DNA of 64,000 nt from Candidatus Kapaibacterium sp. (GCA_963664875.1 OY761611.1:2304001-2368000), one strand, 5' to 3'. Numbered from the stretch's first letter, positions 10,792 through 20,977 are shown. The notes: a model not told the origin generated them from the letters alone. Program-made: numbers and translations.

Positions 10792-11721
10792 ATGAGATAT
10801 CTAATATTATTGGCAATGCTTTCTGTCAGTCTTTCCGCGCAGGATATGGAGCAGGCTATGCGTTGGATTAAGCTTGGAAATACTTACAGAATAAGCGAGA
10901 ATTACCCTAAAGCAGGTGAATATCTGAAAAAAGGTATGGTAGAGATTCAAAAATGCGACGACTACACGGCAAAGTACTGGGAAGCTGTCGCAAACGAATA
11001 CTACGCATATCTTTACGAAGATATAAAGATGTATAATGAAGCTATGCAGCACTATGACAATGCATTAGCTATTTACGAGACTGTTATCACTCAAAAAGAC
11101 GGTAGCCCTTTCGCTCTTAAGCAGGTAATCAAAGACAGAAAATTGCGTTTAGACTCTTTGATTAAATCTGAGCAAATATTCCTGCAGGTAGTGAAAGCGG
11201 AACCTGAAGAAAAAGCAGTAGCAGGTGAAGAAGTTGTTCGGCAAGATACACTTTTTATTGAGGTAAAAAGCAAGTCACTAACTTTTGATAATCAAAAGCT
11301 GAAAGATATAAATTTTGTTATTCCTGAGAATATAGAAACAATCTCTGCAAGGAGTAACAGACTGAAAAATATCTCGCCGACAATTACCCGGCTTTCTAAT
11401 CTAAAATCTTTGGATTTGGAGGATAATAGGTTGAAAGAAGTATCTGCTACGGTTGGAGATATGAAGAAGTTAGAATATCTGAATCTATCTGATAATATGA
11501 TAAAAGAGCTGCCCGATGCAATAGGCGAGCTTCAAAATCTGAAATATTTAGATTTATCGGACAATCGGTTGAAAGCTTTGCCTGCCACTCTCGGGAAATT
11601 AAAGAATTTGAAAGTGCTTGATATAAGTAAAAACAAGCTACCATTTACGGCAGTAGAAAATCTAATAAAACAGCTGCCGAACACAAATATTATACACGAC
11701 GTTTATTCGCTCGCTAAATAG
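10792..11721 (+). CDS. Secreted TPR + leucine-rich repeat protein
   Basis: Signal peptide, TPR-like helices, about five LxxLxLxxNxLxxLP repeats. Confidence 0.85.
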   Translation: MRYLILLAMLSVSLSAQDMEQAMRWIKLGNTYRISENYPKAGEYLKKGMVEIQKCDDYTAKYWEAVANEYYAYLYEDIKMYNEAMQHYDNALAIYETVITQKDGSPFALKQVIKDRKLRLDSLIKSEQIFLQVVKAEPEEKAVAGEEVVRQDTLFIEVKSKSLTFDNQKLKDINFVIPENIETISARSNRLKNISPTITRLSNLKSLDLEDNRLKEVSATVGDMKKLEYLNLSDNMIKELPDAIGELQNLKYLDLSDNRLKALPATLGKLKNLKVLDISKNKLPFTAVENLIKQLPNTNIIHDVYSLAK

Positions 11722-11844
11722 AACAAGAAGCTCGCCATGATTCCAAATTATCGGCGAGTTTTCTTGATTACAACCGATCATAAAATACTTCGTTTGTAAT
11801 TAGAAAATGCCTTAGACTTTTAAAAACTAATAACAATTTTAATC

Positions 11845-11884
11845 AAAAACCCTTCTGTATTGATGAGATACAGAAGGATTTTTG
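11845..11884 (-). terminator. Terminator hairpin downstream of the ABC permease
   Basis: CCTTCTGTAT...ATACAGAAGG with A- and T-runs on both sides. Confidence 0.65.
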
Positions 11885-11916
11885 ATAAATACCATAGTTG
11901 CTCCAGGAATAGCCGC

Positions 11917-12723
11917 TTATTTTCTTCTTTGAAAGATATTTTTTTCTAAATCATAATACGCTAAACCCAACAAGCCTACGATATATGCAAAATATGTTGT
12001 GAGGGAAAGTGCAAAGCTGCGCTGGATATTTTTATAAGAGTTAATCACTTCCATTGGTAGTGAGTGGGGAATATAAATGTATGTTCCCTTGGCATTGAAT
12101 CCTATTGCTACCAATCCAATAAACATTATTCCAAACATATTGAGTAACTTGATATTAAATCTTTCACCCAACCATGTATGCAAAATTATTATAGGAAGAA
12201 ACAAAAAACTCCCCACTTGACTATAAAAAAGTCTTTCGAGAAAAAATGACAGCTCATACTCCTTCGGGAACCATTCTAAATAATGATTTGCTATCACAGA
12301 AAATACCATAACTGAAGATATACCAATGAATACTCCAATAATAGTATTAAGTAAGTTTTTGGCTATTTTCGAAAGGAATACAAGAAAAGGGCTTGTAGGT
12401 AGTACGCCAAGAGTAAATTCAGTTTTTGCCTCTCGCTCAATAGAACTAATAGAGGCAGTGTAGATTGCAATCATGACCGGGAACATAATAGTCATAAAGA
12501 ATGCAAAATAAAGATCGAGTGCATCATTTATAGTTAGCGCTCCATCTGCCATCTGGATTATAGCCTTGTAGTCATCTACAAATATGACGATAAAGCTAAG
12601 TAACACCAGTCCCGATAGTGGAATCAGATAGCTGAGTTTTATCATCTTTCTTCGTTTTAGTTTCAAGCCTTCTGCTTGGAAAGCAAGTAAAAATTTATCA
12701 AGGGTACTTATTGTTGTACTCAT
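11917..12723 (-). CDS. ABC-2 type permease (lantibiotic/bacitracin immunity-like)
   Basis: About six TM segments; AEGLKLKR and SIEREAKT...VLPTS...FLSK motifs. Lies downstream of the ABC ATPase. Confidence 0.8.
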   Translation of the reverse strand: MSTTISTLDKFLLAFQAEGLKLKRRKMIKLSYLIPLSGLVLLSFIVIFVDDYKAIIQMADGALTINDALDLYFAFFMTIMFPVMIAIYTASISSIEREAKTEFTLGVLPTSPFLVFLSKIAKNLLNTIIGVFIGISSVMVFSVIANHYLEWFPKEYELSFFLERLFYSQVGSFLFLPIIILHTWLGERFNIKLLNMFGIMFIGLVAIGFNAKGTYIYIPHSLPMEVINSYKNIQRSFALSLTTYFAYIVGLLGLAYYDLEKNIFQRRK

Positions 12724-12933
12724 TTTATTTATTTCCGGATTTTATCTAAAAATCTTTATTGTGTTTTTGGATTATTAAGTAATGTTATCAATCTCAAAAA
12801 GATTTCTTTACTTTGAAGAGACGCAGACTTTAATACTTTACCTCGACAATGATTGGTATCAATTAAGCTCACTTTATTGACGGTTACCCAGCACCCAAAG
12901 AGATGCAGTGACATTTAGTATTTATATCTTAAC

Positions 12934-12991
12934 GCCCTTAAAGGGCTATATACTTCAAGGTTTCACTATACCCAGGCGTTGCCATGGGCTA
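12934..12991. repeat. REP-like palindromes (GCCCTTAAAGGGC ... CCCAGGCGTTGCCATGGGCTA)
   Basis: GC-rich hairpins in an AT-rich intergenic gap, related to GAGCCTGAAAGGCTC / TAGCCCGGGGC at 50564 and 55101. Confidence 0.6.
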
Positions 12992-13044
12992 CGTCTTTGA
13001 GGCATTGAGCCTGACAAATCTTTTTAAAATTGACTCATTCTAAC

Positions 13045-13749
13045 CTACAGAGCATTAAGAACAAGATCTACATATTTTTTCTCTAAATAGTCGTCCTCAC
13101 CTTTTGCTATCTCGCCATACTCAAGGATATTTCCCTTGTCCAAAAAGGCATAGTGAGTACAGAAAGGCGTAACCTCACGCAGCAAATGGCTCGAAATAAT
13201 AAATGAAACTCCCTGTTTATGCAGTTCAATAATTTTATCTCTCAGCATCATCACTCCACCTGGGTCTAAACCTGAGAATGGTTCGTCGAGGATTATCAAT
13301 TTTGGATTGAAAAGCAGAGCCGCAGCAAGTGAAAGCCTTTGCTTCATACCTGTCGAAAATTCTTTGAATAACTTTTTACCGCTATCAAGATTTGCTAAAG
13401 TCAAAGCATTATTTACTCTCGCTTCGATATCATCTAATCCTCTGTAGAGGCAAATAATTTTCAGATTCTCTTTCGCTGTAAGTTTTGGGTAGTATTTTGG
13501 ATCTTCAATGCTTACATAAATGGTGGAGAGGATTTCGTCTCTTGCGGATTCGTAAGTTTTCCCAAAAATTTCCACCTTGCCTTTTTGAGGAAAGACCACA
13601 CCGGAAATAATTTTAATAAGAGTAGATTTTCCGGCACCATTCGGCCCAACAAGACAAGTAATTGTGCCATCCGGAATTTCAAGATTCAGGTTTTCGTATA
13701 GCTTTGTCTTCCTGTTATAAGCAAAGCTAAGGTCTGATAAGTTAATCAC
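13045..13749 (-). CDS. ABC transporter ATP-binding protein (BcrA-like)
   Basis: Walker A GPNGAGKST, signature FSTGMKQR, Walker B IILDEP, H-loop ISSH. Likely GTG start at 13749. Confidence 0.93.
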   Translation of the reverse strand: MINLSDLSFAYNRKTKLYENLNLEIPDGTITCLVGPNGAGKSTLIKIISGVVFPQKGKVEIFGKTYESARDEILSTIYVSIEDPKYYPKLTAKENLKIICLYRGLDDIEARVNNALTLANLDSGKKLFKEFSTGMKQRLSLAAALLFNPKLIILDEPFSGLDPGGVMMLRDKIIELHKQGVSFIISSHLLREVTPFCTHYAFLDKGNILEYGEIAKGEDDYLEKKYVDLVLNAL

Positions 13750-13905
13750 GTTACATCCATCATGGTAAGAAAAATTATATTTTATGTGATTTGGAACTAC
13801 AAAATTCCACATTTTATACGATTAAACAAAAGGAAAGTTGCAGTATTGTTATAGATTGATAATCATATCTTTAGATATTTGCGTTAGGTCAAAGTGGGTC
13901 TGCAC

Positions 13906-13954
13906 AAAGGCAAAGCCCACTACTTCAAGTAAATATTAGTGGGCTTTGCCTTTT
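13906..13954 (-). terminator. Terminator hairpin downstream of menH
   Basis: AAAGGCAAAGCCCACTA...TAGTGGGCTTTGCCTTT, a 17-bp perfect stem. Confidence 0.75.
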
Positions 13955-13990
13955 AACATATTTCGAATTGGTAGTTTTTTTTACTGTAAT

Positions 13991-14785
13991 CTATGACCTT
14001 TCGAGAAAATTTCTCATCACATTCATAAAAGCATGAGAATTTTCTACATGTGGGATATGCCCGGAATTAGTAACAGAATGTATGCAGCTATCAGGAATAA
14101 GTTCCTGCATAGCATGACTAATCTTAGAATATTTTCCGTCGTACTCACCATGAATGATGCAAGTCGGCATATTGATATAGCTGAGCTTATACCACATAGA
14201 TTCCATGGCTCCCGTGCCCATCTTTTTCAATGCTAATGCAAGATGCTTAGGAGAGTTAGTTTTTTTTGATTCAATCATGTCATAATGTCTGTGATTATCG
14301 CGTAATGAATTGAAAAGAGGAAGCTGGTACCATTCAACCAAAAATTTCGAAAATGGTATATTTTCCAATTTTTCAACCATTTGTAAGTCAAATTTTTCTC
14401 TTTCCTTTCTTTCTTTAAGATTTTTCAGACCTGCAGATGTAGATTCCAATAGAAGCCTACTTACTTTTTCGGGATATTTTGTAGCATAATTAAGTGCGAC
14501 TCTGCCACCCATCGAATAACCACATAATATAACGCTGTCTATTCTTAAAAAATCCAAAATTGAATTTATAGATTTATTTACGAAATGGAAAGAATAGAAT
14601 TCTTCTCTGTCAAGCAACGATTTGCCATGCCCCGGCAAATCTATGGCAAGGCATGAATAACTTCCGCCAAATTGTGAAGTAATGTGCTGCCAATCCGCAC
14701 TGCTACCCATAAATCCATGGATAAAAAGAATAGTAGGCTTGCCCGCAGCAAAGTCATATTTATATGATAGGCTTGAATCAGTCAT
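13991..14785 (-). CDS. menH: 2-succinyl-6-hydroxy-2,4-cyclohexadiene-1-carboxylate synthase
   Basis: Alpha/beta hydrolase: HGFMGS, DLPGHG, GYSMGGRVAL, LLESTSAGL...ER, WYQLPLF, GTG, GH.PHVE. Confidence 0.85.
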   Translation of the reverse strand: MTDSSLSYKYDFAAGKPTILFIHGFMGSSADWQHITSQFGGSYSCLAIDLPGHGKSLLDREEFYSFHFVNKSINSILDFLRIDSVILCGYSMGGRVALNYATKYPEKVSRLLLESTSAGLKNLKERKEREKFDLQMVEKLENIPFSKFLVEWYQLPLFNSLRDNHRHYDMIESKKTNSPKHLALALKKMGTGAMESMWYKLSYINMPTCIIHGEYDGKYSKISHAMQELIPDSCIHSVTNSGHIPHVENSHAFMNVMRNFLERS

Positions 14786-15082
14786 AGTTTATCTCAGATA
14801 TATCTAATATTATAAGGGCAAAACGAACTAAATTACGAAGAAAGGTTATCTAAAGTGTAATCTGTGCCATAATTTGCACCACACTAATGTATAGTTATTT
14901 TGCTTCTGCTATATTATACCAAACTTCTCTATTTTACAAGTAATATACTTTAATAATCTAAAGATAGATTTGATAGCAGTAACTCTAAGTATCCCTTTTT
15001 CAAACTTTTATTTTTTGCAAGGTTTGACTATATTCAAGTATTGATTTAACACATTTATAAATTTTAACGGACATAAACAATC

Positions 15083-17137
15083 ATGATAGCAAAAGAGCTT
15101 ATTGCTCCGAAAAGCATTGCTGTTATCGGTGCTTCAAATGATGATAAAAAGCCGGGCGGAAAGATATTAAAGAATATCCTGACTGCCGGTTTCGATGGTA
15201 AAGTTTACCCTGTTAATCCTAAAGAAACAGAGATACAAGGACATACTTGTATTCAAAACCCTGCTGATTTGCCACAAACTGACTTGGCAATTTTGGCAAT
15301 CCCTGCTCAGTTCTGCTTACCAACTATTCAGCTTCTAATCAAAGAAAAAGGCACAAAAGGATTTATTATCCTTTCTGCAGGCTTCAGCGAATTAGGCGAA
15401 GAAGGTAGCAAAATGGAACAGGATATCGCTGATGCAGTAACTGCTGCAGGTGGCACTCTTATCGGTCCGAACTGTATCGGTGTTTTGAATACCAACTATG
15501 CAGGTGTTTTTGCAGGCCCTATTCCAAAATTAGATCCTATGGGTATTGACTTTGCTTCAGGTTCGGGTGCAACTGCTGTATTTATAGTAGAAGCAGCTAT
15601 GACTCGTGGTCTTTCTTTCTCTTCTTTATATTCTGTTGGCAATAGCGCTCAAACAGGTGTAGAAGAAGTATTGAAATACTGGGACGAAACGTTCGATCCG
15701 GCAACAAGCTCTAAAGTTAAATTGCTTTACGTTGAGCAAATCCACAAACCTGAAATGCTTTTGAAACACGCATCTTCTCTAATCAGCAAAGGCTGCAAAA
15801 TTGCTGCTATCAAAGCAGGCACTACTGAAGCTGGTTCAAGAGCTGTGTCTTCTCACACAGGTGCTTTGGCAGGTTCTGACTCTGCAGTTGATGCATTGTT
15901 CAAAAAAGCGGGTATTGTACGTTGCTACAGCAGAATGGAACTTGTTCACGTGGCTCAGGTGTTTACACGTCCTGAACTAAAAGGTAAAAATATTGCTATC
16001 ATTACTCACGCAGGCGGTCCGGGCGTAATGCTTACTGATGCACTTGCGAAAGGCAATATGGACGTTCCTCACATCTCCGGTGAAGCTGCTGATGAGCTTC
16101 TTGGCAAATTGTTCCACGGCTCTTCTGTTGCAAACCCTATCGATTTCCTTGCTACAGGTACTGCAGAACACTTGGGAATGATTTTAGATTATGTAGATCA
16201 AAAATTTGATAATATAGATGGTGCTGCTGTTATATTCGGTACAACAGGACTTTTCGACGTAACAGAAGTATATGACGTATTAGACGAAAAGATGAAAACT
16301 TGCAAAAAGCCAATATATCCTATTCTTCCTTCAATTGTTTTAGCTGCCGATGAAGTAGAACACTTCGTAGCTAAGGGTAGAAACTTCTTCCCTGATGAAG
16401 TTGAGTTAGGCAACGCTCTTGCAAAAGTTTATCACACTGACAAACCTGAAATGGATGTAGTTCTTCCTGAAGTAGATAAAGCTGCTATCAGAAAAATTAT
16501 CGACGAAAACAAAGAAGGTTATATTAGCCCTGAATCAGTTCAAGCGTTGTTAGATGCTGCAGGTATTCCTCGTGCTGCAGAGATTGTTGTTGATAAAAAA
16601 GAAGATGCTGTAAAAGCAATCGAAACTATTAAGTTCCCACTGGTGATGAAAGTGGTAGGCCCTGTGCATAAATCTGACGTTGGCGGTGTAGCTCTTAACA
16701 TTAAATCACAAGAAGAAGTGGAAGCTAACTTCGAAAAAATGATGCGAATCAAAGACGCTACAGGCGTGCTAATGCAACCAATGCTCAGCGGTCAGGAATT
16801 ATTCGTAGGTGCTTCTTACGAAGATACTTTCGGACATTTGATTCTTGCCGGTATGGGTGGCATATTCATCGAAGTATTGAAAGATGTATCGAACGCTCTT
16901 TCTCCTGTGAGCAAAGAGGAAGCTACTAAAATGATTACATCCCTCAAATCATATAAAATGATTGAAGGCGTACGTGGCCAGGAAGGTGTAAACCAGGAAA
17001 TATTTGCAGACATCATCTGCAGACTTTCTGCTTTATTAGAAGCTGCACCTGAAATCAAAGAAATGGATTTGAATCCGCTTCTTGGCAAAGCTGATCAGGT
17101 TATTGCAGTAGATGCAAGAGTAAGGATAGAAAAGTAA
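15083..17137 (+). CDS. Acetate/acyl-CoA ligase (ADP-forming), fused alpha-beta
   Basis: CoA-binding PKSIAVIGAS, GPNCIG, SHTGALAG phospho-His, ATP-grasp HKSDVGGV and EMDLNPL. Confidence 0.93.
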   Translation: MIAKELIAPKSIAVIGASNDDKKPGGKILKNILTAGFDGKVYPVNPKETEIQGHTCIQNPADLPQTDLAILAIPAQFCLPTIQLLIKEKGTKGFIILSAGFSELGEEGSKMEQDIADAVTAAGGTLIGPNCIGVLNTNYAGVFAGPIPKLDPMGIDFASGSGATAVFIVEAAMTRGLSFSSLYSVGNSAQTGVEEVLKYWDETFDPATSSKVKLLYVEQIHKPEMLLKHASSLISKGCKIAAIKAGTTEAGSRAVSSHTGALAGSDSAVDALFKKAGIVRCYSRMELVHVAQVFTRPELKGKNIAIITHAGGPGVMLTDALAKGNMDVPHISGEAADELLGKLFHGSSVANPIDFLATGTAEHLGMILDYVDQKFDNIDGAAVIFGTTGLFDVTEVYDVLDEKMKTCKKPIYPILPSIVLAADEVEHFVAKGRNFFPDEVELGNALAKVYHTDKPEMDVVLPEVDKAAIRKIIDENKEGYISPESVQALLDAAGIPRAAEIVVDKKEDAVKAIETIKFPLVMKVVGPVHKSDVGGVALNIKSQEEVEANFEKMMRIKDATGVLMQPMLSGQELFVGASYEDTFGHLILAGMGGIFIEVLKDVSNALSPVSKEEATKMITSLKSYKMIEGVRGQEGVNQEIFADIICRLSALLEAAPEIKEMDLNPLLGKADQVIAVDARVRIEK

Positions 17138-17201
17138 GAAAAAGCTCTTATACTTAACTTAAAAGCTGCCTGGAGCAAATAATGTTATCAGGCAGTTTTT
17201 C
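17049..17201 (+). repeat. Direct repeat copy 1 (3' end of acyl-CoA ligase gene + its terminator)
   Basis: CTGAAATCAAAGAAATGGATTTGAATCCGCTTCTTGGCAAAGCTGA...GCTGCCTGGAGCAAATAATGTTATCAGG recurs at 19073. Confidence 0.95.
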
Positions 17202-17580
17202 TATTTATCCTTTTTTAATTCAATTCAGGAAACAACTATTACTTCGTAGCATGTGTATGATTTAAATTCATTCCACAATCGCCTCAATATGATATAATTG
17301 ACACTATAACGCCCTGTATTCACACAGAATGAATCCGATATTTATATCCGTTTATATATCTCCAATCGTCATAAATATATATTGCTTAGAGAGAATATAT
17401 CTTTGCAATTTATATTCTTAAAGAGTAATTTAGTGCCTGCTAAGTAGCCTAATAATTTGAATGTATTGATAGCTGTAATTATGAGTTTTCGATTTTATCT
17501 AACCGCTCAATATCAACTAAGAAGATCAAACTAGTAAATAGTATATTGGCGAAGGTATATACATAAATATGGAGTGATAA

Positions 17581-18951
17581 ATGAAAAATTATGATGTTGT
17601 TATTATCGGAGCTGGACCAGCGGGTATCGTTACCGGTGCCACAATCAAAAAACAGTATCCGCACAAATCAGTCATAGTATTTGCTGAAGAAGAAAAGGGG
17701 TTAGTGCCTTGCGGAATTCCTTATATTTTTCATCATCTAAATTCAGTAGAAAAAAATGTAATGATGCCAAAAGCTGTAATTGACGCCGGTGGAGAAGTGG
17801 TTGTTGATTATGTAACGAACGTTGATGCTGATGTCAAAACAGTTACAACTGAAAGTGGTGGAATCTATAAGTTCGAAAAATTGATTTTTGCTACAGGTTC
17901 CCGCGCGGTTGTAGCAAACTTTATTCCCGGGTACGATCTCGAGAATGTTTTTTATGTTCGTAAAAGCTACAATTACATCACAAAAATGTTCGCTGAACTA
18001 AAAGAAAAGAAAAATATAGTGGTTGTTGGCGGTGGATTTATTGGAGCCGAGATTGCAGAACAATTATCTCTTAATCTTGATAAAAAAGTAAAACTTATAG
18101 AATCAGAAGAATATTGCTTTTCGAAAGCTTTTTCTAATAACTTGAGCAAAATTGCGACAGAACAACTCCGCAAAACTGATGTAGATGTATTTACTTCTTC
18201 AATGGTACAAGAAATATTAGGAGAAGACGGAAAAGTAAAAGCTGTTAGATTGAAAGATGGAAATGAATTTGAAGCGGATGCAATCATACTTGCTGTTGGT
18301 TATAAACCAAATACTCAATTAGCGATAGATGCAGGGCTGACAGTAAACAGAAACAATGCAATTGTTGTTGACAACTACAAACAGTCATCCGTTAAAGATA
18401 TTTATGCTGTCGGTGACTGCTCTCAAACTTTAGGTTTTCTTACAGGTAGAGATGATTTTATCATGTTGGCATCAACTGCCACCGCTGAAGCAAGAATATT
18501 AGGATATAACTTGTTTGGCTTAAAAATTAAAAATAGATTTTCAGGCACTATAGGCATTTTCTCTACAGTGATTAAAGACTTATCGATGGCTGCAGCCGGA
18601 TTGAATGAGAAAAATGGATTAATGACAGATGTGGACTATATAGAAGCAGAGTTCTCTGCTGTTGATCGACATCCCGGAACAATTGACGATACTTCATCTT
18701 TATCTGTCAAATTATTTGTTTCTCCTACTGATGGTTCTATCCTTGGAGGAGAAGTATGGGGTGGAAAATCTGCAGGCGAAATCATTAATACAATCGGTCT
18801 TGCTATCCAGAAAAATGTTACTATTTACGAATTGATTTCATATCAAATTGGGTCACACCCATTATTAACCACGGCTCCTACAATGCCTGTATTTATAAAG
18901 GCAGCTGAAGTTGCCCTCAATAAAATAGAAGCTCAAAGAAAAATAGGATAA
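17581..18951 (+). CDS. FAD-dependent pyridine nucleotide-disulfide oxidoreductase (CoA-disulfide reductase/NADH oxidase family)
   Basis: VIIGAGPAG, redox Cys in PCGIPY, ATGS, VVVGGGFIGAE, IYAVGDC, and a C-terminal dimerisation domain. Confidence 0.9.
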   Translation: MKNYDVVIIGAGPAGIVTGATIKKQYPHKSVIVFAEEEKGLVPCGIPYIFHHLNSVEKNVMMPKAVIDAGGEVVVDYVTNVDADVKTVTTESGGIYKFEKLIFATGSRAVVANFIPGYDLENVFYVRKSYNYITKMFAELKEKKNIVVVGGGFIGAEIAEQLSLNLDKKVKLIESEEYCFSKAFSNNLSKIATEQLRKTDVDVFTSSMVQEILGEDGKVKAVRLKDGNEFEADAIILAVGYKPNTQLAIDAGLTVNRNNAIVVDNYKQSSVKDIYAVGDCSQTLGFLTGRDDFIMLASTATAEARILGYNLFGLKIKNRFSGTIGIFSTVIKDLSMAAAGLNEKNGLMTDVDYIEAEFSAVDRHPGTIDDTSSLSVKLFVSPTDGSILGGEVWGGKSAGEIINTIGLAIQKNVTIYELISYQIGSHPLLTTAPTMPVFIKAAEVALNKIEAQRKIG

Positions 18952-19072
18952 GCATAGCAAATTATATCAGAATTTTAACACTAATGCTATTTCAATCTTT
19001 TTTCGATACAGTTAATTCAAGTAGCTATTATATTTTATCAGCACACGGAACACATTATTGTCTCTATTGATT

Positions 19073-19230
19073 CTGAAATCAAAGAAATGGATTTGAATCC
19101 GCTTCTTGGCAAAGCTGACAAGGTTATTGCAGTTGATGCAAGAGGTAAAGGATAGAAAAGCAAGAAAAGGCTCTTATATTTAATTTAAAAGCTGCCTGGA
19201 GCAAATAATGTTATCAGGTAGCTTTTTTTC
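19073..19230 (+). repeat. Direct repeat copy 2 (degenerate 3' fragment of acyl-CoA ligase gene + terminator)
   Basis: Near-identical to 17049-17201, with substitutions and small insertions (AAGAGGTAAAGG vs AAGAGTAAGG). Confidence 0.95.
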
Positions 19231-19383
19231 TAATAAAAAGGAGCTGCTTAGGTAGAATTTCAGTCGATATACAAACTTGAATCTAATTAACCGCTTCAAT
19301 CAGGAATCAATTCTTGGCAGAAATGATTTTATGATTATATTTGTTTACATTCAAATTTGTTTGACCTCTATCTGGTAAGCGAT

Positions 19384-20517
19384 ATGGATTTCGAGGTTAT
19401 AATATGTGGAGCCGGAGTAATAGGTTTGGCTATTGCTCAAAAACTTTCCGAAAACTATAGTTGCCTGATTATCGAAAAGGATACTAATTTCGGGAATGGC
19501 ACAAGTTCTCGAAATAGCGAAGTGATACATGCAGGTTTGTACTATCCGCCAAATTCCCTTAAAGCAAAATTATGTGTAGAAGGCAATAAACTACTTTATG
19601 ACTGGTGCGAAGAACACGATGTACCGTATCAAAAAATAGGAAAATTACTAACTGCAAACGGTATGGCAGAAGAAACCAGACTACTGGAAATTTATAAAAA
19701 TGCCCAACTCTCAGGAGCCTCAGGGCTTAGATTTATATCATCCGATGAGCTAAGTGAGCAAGAACCCTATCTCAAATGTTCAAAAGCACTTCTTTCTGAA
19801 AATACAGGAATTATAGACAGCCACCGATTTATGTACAGCTTGGAAAGTGCTGCTATAAATATGGGATGCACTACTGCATACAATACAAGGATGACAGGAT
19901 TTGATCAAAGAAGCAATTTGCTTATTGTAACAGCAGAAAACCCTGATGGTAGTTCCTTTGAAATTAGCTGTCGGAATTTTGTTAATTCAGCAGGATTGTA
20001 TTCTGACAAAATTGCTTCACTTACCGGTCTGGATGTTGTAAAAGAAGACCTTGAGTTAGAATATTGGAAAGGACACTATTATAAACTTTCGCCATCAAAA
20101 TCAAATTTAGCAAAAAGGTTAATTTATCCTGTACGACCGAAAGATGCAAAAGGCTTGGGGATACACCTAACCAAAGATATGATGGGCTACATTAAATTTG
20201 GCCCGGATGCAGAATTGATAGAAAGTAAAATTGAAACTTATAAGCTCGCTAACGACAAACGAGATTTATTTTATCAAACTATCTCTACTTATTTGTCTGA
20301 TGTAGATGAAACAGATTTGACATTTGATCAAATTGGAATCAGACCTAAGCTAAGCACAAAAAATATCAATTACAGAGACTTTTATATCCAAAACAATTCG
20401 CTAAAGGATGCAACTTCTATCATAAATTTAGTAGGCATGGAATCCCCGGGTTTAACCTCATCTCTTGCTATAGCCGAGTATGTTAATCAGTTAATAGCTA
20501 AATCCCAAAGTTCCTGA
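19384..20517 (+). CDS. L-2-hydroxyglutarate oxidase (LhgO)-like FAD oxidoreductase
   Basis: ICGAGVIGLA, TSSRNSEVIHAGLYY, LGIHLT, GIRPK, GMESPGLTSSLAIAE. Confidence 0.88.
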   Translation: MDFEVIICGAGVIGLAIAQKLSENYSCLIIEKDTNFGNGTSSRNSEVIHAGLYYPPNSLKAKLCVEGNKLLYDWCEEHDVPYQKIGKLLTANGMAEETRLLEIYKNAQLSGASGLRFISSDELSEQEPYLKCSKALLSENTGIIDSHRFMYSLESAAINMGCTTAYNTRMTGFDQRSNLLIVTAENPDGSSFEISCRNFVNSAGLYSDKIASLTGLDVVKEDLELEYWKGHYYKLSPSKSNLAKRLIYPVRPKDAKGLGIHLTKDMMGYIKFGPDAELIESKIETYKLANDKRDLFYQTISTYLSDVDETDLTFDQIGIRPKLSTKNINYRDFYIQNNSLKDATSIINLVGMESPGLTSSLAIAEYVNQLIAKSQSS

Positions 20518-20591
20518 TGTAAATAAGGAAGGAAGAAAGAAAGATTCTTAAGCAATTGTGTTGCAAATCGTTCTATTTGCACAACTCACTC

Positions 20592-20638
20592 AAACAAAAA
20601 CGAAGAAATCAGATTGTTCAATTTCTTCGTTTTTGTTT
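20592..20638. terminator. Bidirectional terminator
   Basis: AAACAAAAACGAAGAAAT...ATTTCTTCGTTTTTGTTT between convergent genes. Confidence 0.7.
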
Positions 20639-20659
20639 CATATTTTTTGAAAACTGCGA

Positions 20660-20977
20660 TTAAACGCAACCGGTAGGCTTTGCAAGCCCAGCTACTTTAC
20701 AGGCACCTTTTGCCGGGCCGGAAGGAAATAGGTTGTATATTTGTTTGAGCGGATACCCGGTATCTCTGCACAATTTCCTAATCATTGGTGCTATACCATT
20801 TTTTTGGTAATAGTCTCTTAAATAATTAATAATTTTCCAATGTTCATCAGAAAGGACAGATATTTCTTCTGTCGAAGCCAAGGCAACAGCAATTTCTTCA
20901 TTCCATTGCTCAGGACGCTCCATAAATCCGGCTTCATCTACTTCGATTTTGATATTGTTGTACTCAAAAACAGGCAT
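20660..20977 (-). CDS. TusE/DsrC/DsvC family sulfur relay protein
   Basis: DEAGFM...WNEEIA...HWKIINYLR...LFPSGPAKGACKVAGLAKPTGCV. GGAGG RBS. Confidence 0.93.
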   Translation of the reverse strand: MPVFEYNNIKIEVDEAGFMERPEQWNEEIAVALASTEEISVLSDEHWKIINYLRDYYQKNGIAPMIRKLCRDTGYPLKQIYNLFPSGPAKGACKVAGLAKPTGCV

